Origin: Mobula hypostoma
Lineage: Eukaryota
Length of the DNA: 64,000 nt
Direction of reading: 5' to 3'
NCBI RefSeq assembly: GCF_963921235.1
Contig: NC_086109.1
Span: forward strand, 16,990,001-17,054,000
Shown: one piece after another, positions 38,026 to 49,211 of the stretch
Layout: each line of letters begins with the position of its first letter
How positions within the stretch are numbered: position 1 is the stretch's first letter
Notes under the pieces: generated by a model
The model's database searches: none
Seen by the model: the letters and a program-made list of their open reading frames with translations, nothing else
What the model was told of the DNA's origin: nothing
Translations under genes and position numbers: made by a program

Positions 38026-39435
38026 TGTAAAGGGTTTCTTCTTTTATGTTACTGCGTATGTTAATCAGGCAGACTATTATTTAAATGGGGAAAGAATTCA
38101 AAGTTCTGAGATGCAACGGAACTTGGGCATCCTCATACAGGATACTCTTAAAGTTAACCTCCAGGTTGAGTCAGTAGTGAAGAAGGCGAATGCAATGTTG
38201 GCATTCATTTCTAGAGGAATAGAGTATAGGAGCAGGGATGTGATGTTGAGGCTCTATAAGGCGCTGGTGAGACCTCACTTGGAGTACTGTGGGCAGTCTT
38301 GGTCTCCTTATTTAAGAAAGGATGTACTGACGTTGGAGAGGGTACAGAGAAGATTCACTAGAATGTTTCCGGGAATGAGAGAGTTAACATATGAGGAACG
38401 TTTGTCCGCTCTTGGACTGTATTCCTTGGAGTTTAGAAGAATGAGGGGAGACCTCATAGAAACATTTCGAATGTTGAAAGCATGGACAGAGTGGATGTGG
38501 CAAAGTTGTTTCCCATGATGGGGGAGTCTAGTATGAGAGGGCATGACTTAAGGATTGAAGGGCGCCCATTCAGAACAGAGATGCAAAGAAATTTTTTTAG
38601 CCAGAGGGTGGTGCATTTATGGAATTTGTTGCCACGGGCGGCAGTGGAGGCCAAGTCATTCGGTGTATTTAAGGCAGAGATTGATAGGTATCTGAGTAGC
38701 CAGGGCATCAAAGGTTATGGTGAGAAGGTGGGGGAGTGGTACTAAATGGGAGAATGGATCAGCTCATGATAAAATGGCGGAGCAGACTCGATGGGCCGAA
38801 TGGCCGACTTCTGCTCCTTTGTCTTATGGTCTCATGGTCTTAATCAAAATAGCTTCTTTATTATGTTAATATTTTATGTTACTGCATATGTTAATAAAAA
38901 TGGCTTCTTTGTTATCTCAAATGCTGATAAAGTCTCTAGCTAGCACTTTGCTGGGGTTATAATATAGATAATGGAGTAAGTGAACCAATGGGTGTCCATG
39001 GTATTCTTTCTTGGGGTGATATGGCTGGGAACCAGGGGGTTTTGGCGGGCAGTTGGAGGAGAGACCGTGAGGACGACGGACGTGCAGGGAAAGCTCAGGG
39101 TGATCACTCTGGGTGGTGCCGAGCTGTGAGTTGACGGGGTCAGAGTGGCCCCGAAGGGGTCCCCGAGCTCCAACGTGTGCTCGAAGAAATTGAACTTTGA
39201 TAAGTCTGGCGCCTTTTCCATTCCTTTTTTTTGTATTGAACTTCTATTAATCTCATAGACTTAGTAATATCTATAAAGTGTGACTGGTAAAACGTACAGT
39301 GTGTGTGGCTGATGATTGATGTTGGAAGCTGAGTCAGGTGGCAGTTGTACAGCAACTGACACAACCGGGAGACCAGGTGGGCGGTGAGCAGGGTTTCCCT
39401 GAGATAAATATGACCCAATATAGCTGAGCGTTACA
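38026..39435. mobile_element. Solo LTR (Gypsy/ERV type) containing a CR1 insertion
   Basis: Begins tgtaa and ends ttaca; 4-bp TSD atgg at 38022-38025 and 39436-39439. Confidence 0.8.
38068..38839 (+). mobile_element. CR1 LINE 3' fragment
   Basis: ORF 38111-38518 [36 protein letters not shown]; (ttatggtc)-type tail; TSD ttaatca at 38061-38067 and 38840-38846. Confidence 0.92.
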
Positions 39436-39579
39436 ATGGTAAGGGTCCATGGCATAAAAAAGGTTTGGAACCCCTGGTTCAGGATTAGTCTGATTCGCTA
39501 AGCCTCTGACCCCAAGTAGTTCTGCCATTCAGAAGGATAAGGAACACTTACTGATTCCCATTTATTTTCCCTTGGACAG

Positions 39580-39679
39580 GTACTTTTTCCTGCATGGAAC
39601 GACAGCCGATCTCCATTGCAACCCTAGCACGCACCATTCCAATGCTGCCCCTAGGGTGGAAAACAGATACCACCACCAG
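39580..39679 (+). CDS. Internal 100-nt coding exon of the PDZRN3/PDZD4-family gene
   Basis: Acceptor tttattttcccttggacag|G and donor CAG|gtaact. Open frame (G)YFFLHGTTADLHCNPSTHHSNAAPRVENRYHHQ; phase 2 in and phase 0 out, bridging 34044 and 49212 exactly. Sequence similarity to the family is weak; support is positional and phase-based. Confidence 0.65.
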
Positions 39680-41598
39680 GTAACTGAGAACTGCATCCTA
39701 ACCAGGAGACACCTCGAGTGATCACCTCAGGGGGACGTGAGAGAGTAATGTGCAGAGTCTACAGATGTACCATTTTGTACTAGTGCCTTTCCTTCCTTAC
39801 ACCAACAAAGGGAAGAGAACAAAGATTCAAGAAAATAGTTTTATTAATGATTTTGAATATCTTGCCCCAAAAGAGCAGTGCAAGCTGCTTCAAACGTAAC
39901 TACTAAAACAAAGTGGAAAAGAAAATCTTTACAAAAGGATGAACAGGGGAGCTAAACTAATTGAATAATCCCTTCAATTGAAATGAATGGACGCAGTTAG
40001 CGCAATTGCTTTACAGCGCCAGTGATCACAATTCCCGCCACTGACTGTAAGGAGTTTCTCCGCTCTCCCCCTGATGGTGTGGGTTTCCTCTGGGTGCTCC
40101 AGTTCCCTCCCGCATTCCAAAAATGTACGTGTTAGAGTTAGTGAGTTGTGGGCATGGTATGTTGACGCTGAAAATGTGCCAACCCTTGTGGGTTGCTAAC
40201 CACCAGACCCCCAACCCACTCCCACCCCACAACCACCACAATCCTCGCTGATCTGATTTGAAGCAAACATTTTTTGTTTCGATGTTTCGATGTACGTGTA
40301 ACAAATATGGCAAATCTCTCCTAAAATCTCTTTCAAAGAGCCTGCATTAATGTGATGGGCTGAATGGCCAGCCCCTGTGTTCTGATCCATTTTCAATATT
40401 CTCTGGCCATCAGAACCAAACAATTTATTAAACATAAGCTATATATATAAGGAATGATTGTAAATGATCAATACACTTTCTTTTAACTGAGTATCAATTA
40501 GCCATTGAGTCAAAAGAATAGTACTGTAACCTGGATGCTGATAAGCAGATTGTGTTCTGAAAGGGGCAAAGAATTTAATTAAAACCTGCATATCAGCAAA
40601 ACAACAGTGCAAGCCTGGGAAGTGGTAAAAGGTCAAAGTGAAAAGCATTTTATCTCAATGCAAGAACCACTAAACATATGTCAGATGAAGTAATGGTACA
40701 AATAGAACATGGAATGCAGAACACAACTGCACATACAGGCTCTTCGACCCACAATGTTGACCAGTCCTTTAACTTACTCTAAGATTAATCTAATGCTTCC
40801 CTCTCACATAGCCCTCCATTTCTCTTTTGTCTATTTTTTATCTGTCTATTGTCTATTGTCTTTCATCTGTGTGCCTATCTAAAAGTCTAGAACTTACAAC
40901 ATAGAACAGTACAGCACTGTACAGGCTCTTTGGCTCATGAAGTTGTGCTGACATTTTAAACAACTCTAAGATCAATCCTCCATAGCCCTCCAATTTCATC
41001 CATGTACCTGTCTAAGAGTCTCTTAAATGTGGGTCTCGGCCCGAAATGTCAACTGTACCTCTTCCTAGAGATGCTGCCTGGCCTGCTGCGTTCACCAGCA
41101 ACTTTGATGTGTGTTGCTTGAAATTCCAGCATCTGCAGATTTCCTCATGTTTGCATTCTATATACCCATCACTTTCTGTGTGAAAAACTTACCTCTGACG
41201 TCTCTCCTATATTTTCCTCCAATCACCTTAAAATTATGCCCCCTTGTATTAGACAATGCAATCCAAGGAAAAGTACTGGCTGGCCACTTAATCCTTGCCT
41301 CTTATAGTCTTGTACACCTCTGTCAAATCTCTTAAGGGTCCCTCCCTTGTAAACACATCCCTCCCACATAGCCCTTCAGTTTACTTTCATCCCCTACTTG
41401 ACAGTCCAGTCAACATTTATTAAATCAATCTCATTTCCCTCTAACAGACACTTTTGTTAAAATAGACAGAATGGAGAAAATGAGAAACGGGTGAATATCC
41501 CAGGTAACCAGTGTAGTAACAGGAAATGATCCAAGCTCAAATGATCAAAATGTTGAATCAGTACGGATAAAGATAATGAATAAATGATGATTAACACT

Positions 41599-42970
41599 TA
41601 TAAAAGTTGCTGGTGAACGCAGCAGGCCGGGCAGCATCTCTAGGAAGAGGTACAGTTGACGTTTCAGGCCAAGACCCTTCATCAGGACTAACTGAAAGAA
41701 GAGATAGTAGGAGATTTGAAAGTGGGAGGGGGAGATCTGAAATGATAGGAGAAGACAGGAGGGGGAGGGATGGAGCCAAGAGCTGGACAGGTGATTGGCA
41801 AAAGGGATATGAGAGGATCATGGGACAGGAGGCCTAGGGAAGAGGGGGGAAGCCCAGAGGCTGGGCAAGGAGTATAGTGAGAGGGACAGAGGGAGAAAAA
41901 GGAGAGAGAGAAAAAGAATATATTTTTTTTCTAATAAATAATAAATAAATAACGGATGGGGTACGAGGGGGAGGTGGGGCATTAACGGAAGTTAGAGAAG
42001 TCAATGTTCATGCCATCAGGTTGGAGGCTACCCAGACGGAATATAAGGTGTTGTTTCTCCAACCTGAGTGTGGCTTCAGCTTTACAGTAGAGGAGGCCGT
42101 GGATAAACATATCAGAATGGGAATGGGACGTGGAATTAAAATGTGTTGCCACTGGGAGATTCTGCTTTCTCTGGCGGACAGAGCGTAGGTGTTCAGCAAA
42201 GCGGTCTCCCAGTCTGCATCGGGTCTCACCAGTATATAGAAGGCCGCATCGGGAGCACCAGATGCAGTATATCACCCCAGCCGACTCACAGGTGAAGTGT
42301 CGCCTCACCTGGAAGGACTGTCTGGGGCCCTGAATGGTAGTGAGGTAGGAAGTGTAAGGGCATGTGTAGCACTTGTTCTATCCACGACCTCCTCTACTGT
42401 CAAGATGAAGCCACACTCAGGTTGGAGGAACAACACCTTATATTCCATCTGGGTAGCCTCCAACCTGATGGCATGAACATTGACTTCTCTAACTTCTGTT
42501 AATGCTCCACCTCCCCCTCGTACCCCATCCGTTATTTATATATATATATACACACATACATATATATATATAGATAGATAGATATAGATATACTTTTTCT
42601 CTCTCTCCTTTTTCTCCCTCTGTCCCTCTCACTATGCTCCTTGCCCATCCTCTGGGCTTCACCCTTCCCCCATTCTTTCTCCCTAGGCCTCCTGTCCCAT
42701 GATCCTCTCATATCCCCTTTGCCAATCACCTATCCAGCTCTTGGCTCCAACCCTCCCCTTTCTGTCTTCTCCTATCATTTCGGATCTCCCCTCCCCCTCC
42801 CACTTTCAAATCTCTTACTAGCTCTTCTTTCAGTTAGTCCTGACGAAGGGTCTCAGCCCGAAACATCGACTGTACCTCTTCCTAGAGATGTTGCCTGGCC
42901 TGCTGTGTTCACCAGCAACTTTGATGTGTGTTGCTTGAAATTCCAGCATCTGCAGATTTCCTCATGTTTG
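41599..42970. mobile_element. Penelope-like element 3' portion (GIY-YIG endonuclease) with inverted terminal duplication
   Basis: Minus ORF 41982-42308 FTCESAGVIYCIWCSRCGLLYTGET...RFAEH...HF...E..LI...L.P.GMN; 41600-42095 is inverted relative to 42381-42920; exact 13-bp TSD gatgattaacact at 41586-41598 and 42971-42983. Confidence 0.92.
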
Positions 42971-43469
42971 GATGATTAACACTCATGGGTTTCATTTATA
43001 GGCTTCCCATAAACTAGAGGCATCGCCTGGTAGCTACAGCAAGGACAGAAAATACTTTTAAAAAGACAGCAATAGTCATAATGCAATAATTATGGGGAAT
43101 TAAAAATATTATATTGACTGAACAGATCAATTTGACAAAACCAGTCTAGAGGACTAATTCATAGAATGCATTTGAGAAAATTTCCTATTACAATAAGTAG
43201 TGAAACCAATGAGGGAACAGGTTATTTAAGATTTTACCTTCATAGAGAGATAGAGCTAATTAACTATTTCATATGTAGAATCCTCTGGGGAAGAGTGATC
43301 ACAATATGAAGTAATCTCATATTGAATTTGACAGTGACATTCTTAAATCAGAAGAATATTATGACTTAAATGAAATCAGTTACAGAAGCATGAAGGACAA
43401 GCGGCTAATTAGTGTTGGGAAATTAGACTAGTGGCAAATTAGGAAGTTATATTGGTTGATGAACAATGG

Positions 43470-46400
43470 AACTGAATTGAATTAACTTTATTTATTATAT
43501 CCTTCACGTACATGAGGAGTAAAAATCTTTACAATATATCTCCATCTGAATGTGCAATGTGCAAATTATAGTAATTTGTAATAAATAGTATGTACAGTGA
43601 GATATAGAACAGAATTGTCAATATAGCTTAGAAATACAATTGTGTCAGCGTGAATTAATCAGTCTGATAGCTTCTTGGTCCTGGCTTTAATGCTGCAGTA
43701 CCGTTTCCCAGATGGCAGTAACTGCAACAGTTTGTGGTTGGGGTGACCGGGCCCCTAGTGATCCTTTGGGCCCTTTTCATGCACCTGTCACTGTAAATGC
43801 CCTCAATAGCGGGAAGTTCATATCCATAGATGCACTGGGCTGTCCGCATCATTCTTTGCAGAGTCTTGCAATTCAGGGAAGTACAGTTTCCATAGCAGGC
43901 AATGATACAGCCAGTCAGGATGCTCTCAATTTTGCCCCTGTAGAAAGTCCTTAGCATTTGGGGACTCATGCCGAGCTTTTCAACTGTCTGAGGTGAAAGA
44001 AGCGCTGTTGTGCTTTTTTCACCACATGGCCGGTATGTACAGGCCAAGTGAGGTAGTCGGTGATGTGTATACCAAGGAACTTGAAACTGTTCACTCTCTC
44101 AACCCCAGATCCATTGATGTCAATAGGGGTTAGCCTGTCTCCATTCCTCCTGTAGTCCACAACCAGCTCCTTTGTTTTTGCGACATTGAGGGAGAGGTTG
44201 TTTTCTTGACGCCACTGTGTCAGGGTGATGATTTCTTCTCTGTAGACTGCCTCGTTATTTTTTGAGATAAGACCAATCAATGTAGTATCATCTGCAAATT
44301 AATTAGCAGATTGGAGCTGTGGGTGGTGACACAGTCATGGATGTACAGAGAGTAAAGGAGGGGGGTTATGACACAGCCCTGGGGAGGCTCCTGTGTTGAG
44401 AGTCAGAGGGGCAGAGGTGAGGGAGCTCACTCTTACCACCTGCTGACAATTTGACAGGAAGTCCAGGATCCAGCTGCACAAGGCAGGGTGAAGGCCGAGG
44501 TCTCTGAGCTTCTTGTCAAGCCTGGAGGGAATTATGGTGTTGAATGCTAAACTGTAATCCAAGAACAGCATTCTCACATAAGCATCTCTCCTCTCCAGCT
44601 GCGTAAGGACAGTGTGTAGAGCTATGGCTATTACGTCATCTGTCGATCAGTTGTGTCAGTAGGCAAATGGTAGGGGATCCAGTGTGGGTGGTAGTATGCT
44701 ACAGATGCAGTCCTTGACCAGCTTCTCAAAGCATCTGCTTATTATTGAGTGAGTGCAACAGGACGCCAGCCGTTCAGACAAGTTAACCTGGTGTTTTTAG
44801 GCACAGGGACAATGGTGGATGTTATGAAGCAAGAGAGCACTCTACACTTAGAGAGGGAGAGATTAAAAATGTCTGCAAACACACCAGCCGGTTATGCCGT
44901 GCACACACTCAGTACCCTCCCTGGGATGCCATCCAGTCCCGCAGCCTTGTGGCTGTCCACTCATTGGAAACACCTATGTACTTCATCTTCAGAGATGACC
45001 AAGGTACAGGTCACATCGGCGACTCTCCGCAAGGGCTCAGTGTTAGCGATATCGAACCGAGTGCACAAAAGATTTAGCTCATCTGGGAGAGAGGCCACTG
45101 TGTTTAGCTTTGAAGTCTGCAATGGTGTGCAGACCTTGCCATAAGCTGCATGTGTTGCTGGTGGAGAGATGTGACAATAGACAATAGACAATAGACAATA
45201 GGTGCAGGAGTAGGCCATTCGGCTTTTGGAGCCAGCACCGCCATTCACTGTGATCATGGCTGATCATCCACAATCATTATCTAGTTCCTGTCCTTTCCCC
45301 ATAAACTTTGAATCCGCTATCTTTAAGAGCTCTATCCATCTCTTTCTTGAAAGCAACCAGAGACTTGGCCTCCACTGCCTTCTGAGGCAGAGCATTCCAT
45401 ATATCCAACACTCTCTGGGTGAAAAAGTTTTTCCTCAACTCCGTTTTAAATGGCCTACCCCTTATTCTTAAACTGTGGCCCCTGGTTCTGGACTCACCCA
45501 TCAGCGGGAACATGCTTCCTGCCTCCAGCACGTCCAATCCCTTAATAATCTTATATGTTTCAATAAGATCCCCTCTCAGCCTTCTAAATTCCAGAGTATA
45601 CAAGCCCAGTCGCTCCAATCTTTCGACATATGACAGTCCCGCCATCCCAGGAATTAACCTTGTGAACCTATGCTGCACTCCCTCAATAGCAAGAATGTCC
45701 TTCTTCAAATTTGGAGACCAAAACTTCACACGGTACTCCAGGTGTGGTCTCACAAGGGCCCTGTACAGCTGCAGAAGGACCTCTTTGCTCTTATACTCAA
45801 TTCCCCTTGTTATGAAGGCCAGCATGCCATTAGCTTTCTTCACTGCCTGCTGCACTTGTATGCTTGCTTTCAGTGACTGATGTACAAGAACACCTAGATC
45901 TCGTTGTGCTTCCCCTTTTCCTAACTTGACTCCATTTAGATAATAATCTGCCTTCCCGTTCTTACCACCAAAGTGGATAACCTCACATTTATCCACATTA
46001 AACTGCATCTGCCATGCATCCGCCCACTCACCCAGCCTGTCCAAGTCACCCTGCATTCTCATAATATCCTCCTCACATTTCACACTGCCACCCAGCTTTG
46101 TGCCTGGAGCTCGTCCCTGTATTGTCGTTTTGCTGCCTTGATGACTTTGCGCAGATCGCAGCTGCATTACTTGAGTTTCTGCTGATTGCCGGCAACATAA
46201 ACTCTGTCTTGCACGACTAGTGCAGCGCGCACAGAACTGTTGATCCAGGGTTTCTGGTTTGGATAGACCCTGACCGATTTTTGGGGGACAATGTCCTCGA
46301 TACACTTCTGGAAGAAACTCGTGACCCCTTCCATGAACTCAGAGACATCCTTATCACAAAAGACATTCCAGCTGATGTCATCAAAGCAGTCCTATAGCAT

Positions 46401-47351
46401 GGAGACTGATTGGCCAGACTAACAGTGGACTGTTTTAACTATGGCCGCTTCTTGTTTCAGCCTCTGCCTATACATGGGCAGAAGCAGGATGGAGGAGTGG
46501 TCAGGTGTCCCATGCGGTGGGCAAAGGAGCGCTTTGTAAGCATTACAGAAGGGAGAGTAGCAGTGGTCGAGTATGCTACTTCCTCACGTGCTAACCTGGA
46601 TGTGTTGACAAAACTTTGGAGTGGCCCTCGATTAAAGTACCCAGCAATGATGAAAGCAGCCTCGGGGTGCACAGTCCAGGGTGGTGATGGTTTCATACAG
46701 TTCCTTGAGAGCCAGGTCAGTATCAGCTTTCAGCAGAGTACACACAGCTGTGATAATGACAGCCGGGAACTCTGTAGGCAGCCAGAAAGATTTACACAGC
46801 AGCACAAGTTACTCCAGATCCGGGGAACAAAAAGGATTTGAGGGCATGCACATTCTGGGGGTCACACCAAGCATTATTGACCATGAAGCATTCCCCACCT
46901 CCTTTACTCTTCCCAGAGAGGTTTTCAGACCAGTCCGCCCAGAACAGGGAGAACCCAGAGGGTTCGATGGCATGTTCAGGTATCTCCTCCGTCAACCAGG
47001 TCTCCACGAAGCACAAAACATTACATCCCTTTGTCTCCCACTGATAGGAGATTCTAGCTCTCAGTTCGCACAGCTTCTTGCCCAGGGACTGAACCAGGAG
47101 TATGCTAGGGAGCGGCGGCCGATTCGCACGCCGTCTCAACTTCACCAGGACGCTGGCCCTTCTCTCTCGCCTCCGGTGCCGCTTCCGAGGTAGTGACGGT
47201 GTAATACATGAGCCTCCCATGGATTGTGTAAGCAGGGGTTCCCAGTGTAGAAAAGGCGGCACATTGTGGGTAAACGCCATCTTCCTGATGTTCACAGTAA
47301 AGTTGGGATGGAGTTTGCAACATGGCTGCCATATGCGGCACCATCTTGGCA
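43470..47351 (-). mobile_element. Apparently full-length, disrupted Rex1/Babar-like LINE (APE + RT) with nested CR1
   Basis: 5' end gccaagatggtgccg; APE N-terminus RPPLPSILL.QSL.KK..EL...LCFVETWL; RT RMLFLDYSLAFNTI.P..L..KL and FADDTTLIGLI; (gaatt)n tail; TSD aacaatgg at 43462-43469 and 47352-47359. Confidence 0.9.
45173..46102 (-). mobile_element. Young CR1 LINE 3' fragment inserted in the Rex1-like element
   Basis: Uninterrupted frame TKLGGSVKCEED...WADAWQMQFNVDKCEVIHFG...RPHLEY...FFTQRV; (acaatag)n tail at 45174-45202. Confidence 0.95.
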
Positions 47352-49211
47352 AACAATGGTACTCATTTAGAGGAATATCCAAAAATTCTCAAATGAAGAT
47401 ACGTTGGATCGAGAAACAAAATTAGATCGAAAGGTGATTTCTGACATTGTGAAGATCTGGAAGAATTTTTTCTAACAGCAAAATTTGATTATAACATTAC
47501 AAAATGCAAAAAAATGAATATAGTTCAAACTAGAAAGGAGTATTTAAACCAACTGTTAAACCTCCTCCAAATATGTAAAAATAGTGGGAGAAATGGAGGT
47601 GAGCATGGAGGAGAAAGTGTAGTAGAGGGTGAGGAACTGGAACAGAAAACATGTACAGGAACAGACACTTCCATGCTCTATGTTATTTTTCTATTTCAAT
47701 GTTCTAAAATGGCTGAGATGTTAAATGAGTATTTTGTACCTCTCTTCAAAGTGCACTATCTAACAGTCTAGACAAAAACAGAGTGAAATATTCCTATAGA
47801 CCATTATGACTAAAGCTTCAATATGAAATGTAATTGTAATTCTGTTGATAAAGTTCAAACCAAAGTATTGGGTCTTATGGAGAAGGTACAGTACACTCTC
47901 CATTTCCAACATGTGAAGGGTAGGCAGGTGTGGGGCTGGGAAGGGGCTGGTAGCTATTGGCTGAGGACTGGGTCCTGTACTGGGAGCTAAGGAAGTAAGT
48001 GGAAAGGAAGAGTGGTGGAGATTGGGATAAACGAGTCTTCATGAGAGGATCGGACCAGAGAGCAGAGTGGGTGGCAATAGGCAGGAGTGGTGGTCATTGG
48101 TCCCCGTCCAAAGCCTGGGACCACTGGGACAAGAGTAAGATTGGAGTCTAGGTTGAGCACTGGCTGTTGGGAGAGAGCCTGGTGTCAGAGAGTGGAGAGA
48201 GGTGGGTGGGAGTTAACATGATTACTAGGGTGGGAAGGAATGTGGGACTGGAGATTTTGAGAGTGAGATGAGGATTGGACGTCAGAGGAGTTCAGGAGAG
48301 AATGTAAGGTCCTGGGTCTAGGCATTTGAATGAGTTTGGCGACAAGGATACAGGATTGGAGCATGAGTGACCAAAAGTGAAAATATTGGATTCAGTGCCT
48401 GGAAAAACCGTCAGGAATAACCATGGGGGATTCGTAGTCGAGGACTAGCTCATTGAGTTATGCTTGGGACTTTGGGACTGGGCTGTAAGGGTGACAGCAG
48501 GGTACTGTGGAGGGAGGGGTTGTGGGGTAAAATCAGAGGTTTGAGGCATTCATCCAGGGGATAGAGGAGGAACAGGAGTGAACTGAGGCAGAGAGGTGGA
48601 TTGGGAGAGGATGCTCGGGCATCCGTTCCTCGGAAAAATGGGGTAGACAGAAAGTCTGCAGATGTAAAGGTATATTCTGCAGATTCACACTGGCTTAAAT
48701 GATAAGGGAAAGTTGCAAGGATCTGTCTGTAATTTCCTCAAAAAAGAACTGAGGGTATATCTGACCAAGATATTCACTGTTAAAAGATTCGTGAGAGTAG
48801 AGAGAGAGAAACTGCTCCATCTACTGGAGAAATCAAAGGATCCTAGTCTTAAAAAGAAGCCAAGAGCAACTTTTACACAAAGGATGCTGGATACCCACTA
48901 GCAAACATGATAACCTTTAAAATAAGCCAAAAAATAAAATATAGCAGCATTGAATATTGAAATTATCTGAGCAGCCAGATAAGATTAACTTATTTGGAGA
49001 CTAACATTTATGATATTGCCGTCTGTTCCGCACTGCCGTGCCAGATGAGAATTTGTTCAAAACTTGAACATAAATAGCTTTCATACTCAGAGCCGAAAAA
49101 CTAAATTCATAACCATATGATTGGCTGATTAGATATTTGCATTAATGAGGAGGTGTACAGCTGTACCTAATAAAGTGGCCACTGAGTGTGTTTTGTTTCT
49201 TGTATTTTTAG

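Larger units (their letters stand above)
37983..39476. mobile_element. ~80-bp hAT-type MITE split by a solo LTR; uninterrupted copies at ~33550-33627 and 36831-36898
   Basis: Ends ctgggactcccaacct ... aggtttggaacccctg resemble cagggg(t)tcccaacct TIRs; the halves rejoin as ...gttaatgg|taagggtccatggcataa as in the other copies. Confidence 0.65.
40630..48900 (+). mobile_element. Ancient CR1 ORF2 relic fragmented by younger insertions
   Basis: Collinear decayed endonuclease motifs: tatctcaatgcaaga (YLNAR, ~40650), atttataggcttccc (IYR.P, ~42995), ataattatgggg (IIMG, ~43085), gggaagagtgatcacaatatg (GKSDHNM, ~43290), resuming after 47352. End point uncertain. Confidence 0.55.

Noticed and set aside
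45277..46305. 342-aa ORF as a host or fusion gene
   Set aside because: It is CR1 ORF2 sequence joined by chance to an off-frame piece of the Rex1-like element it inserted into.
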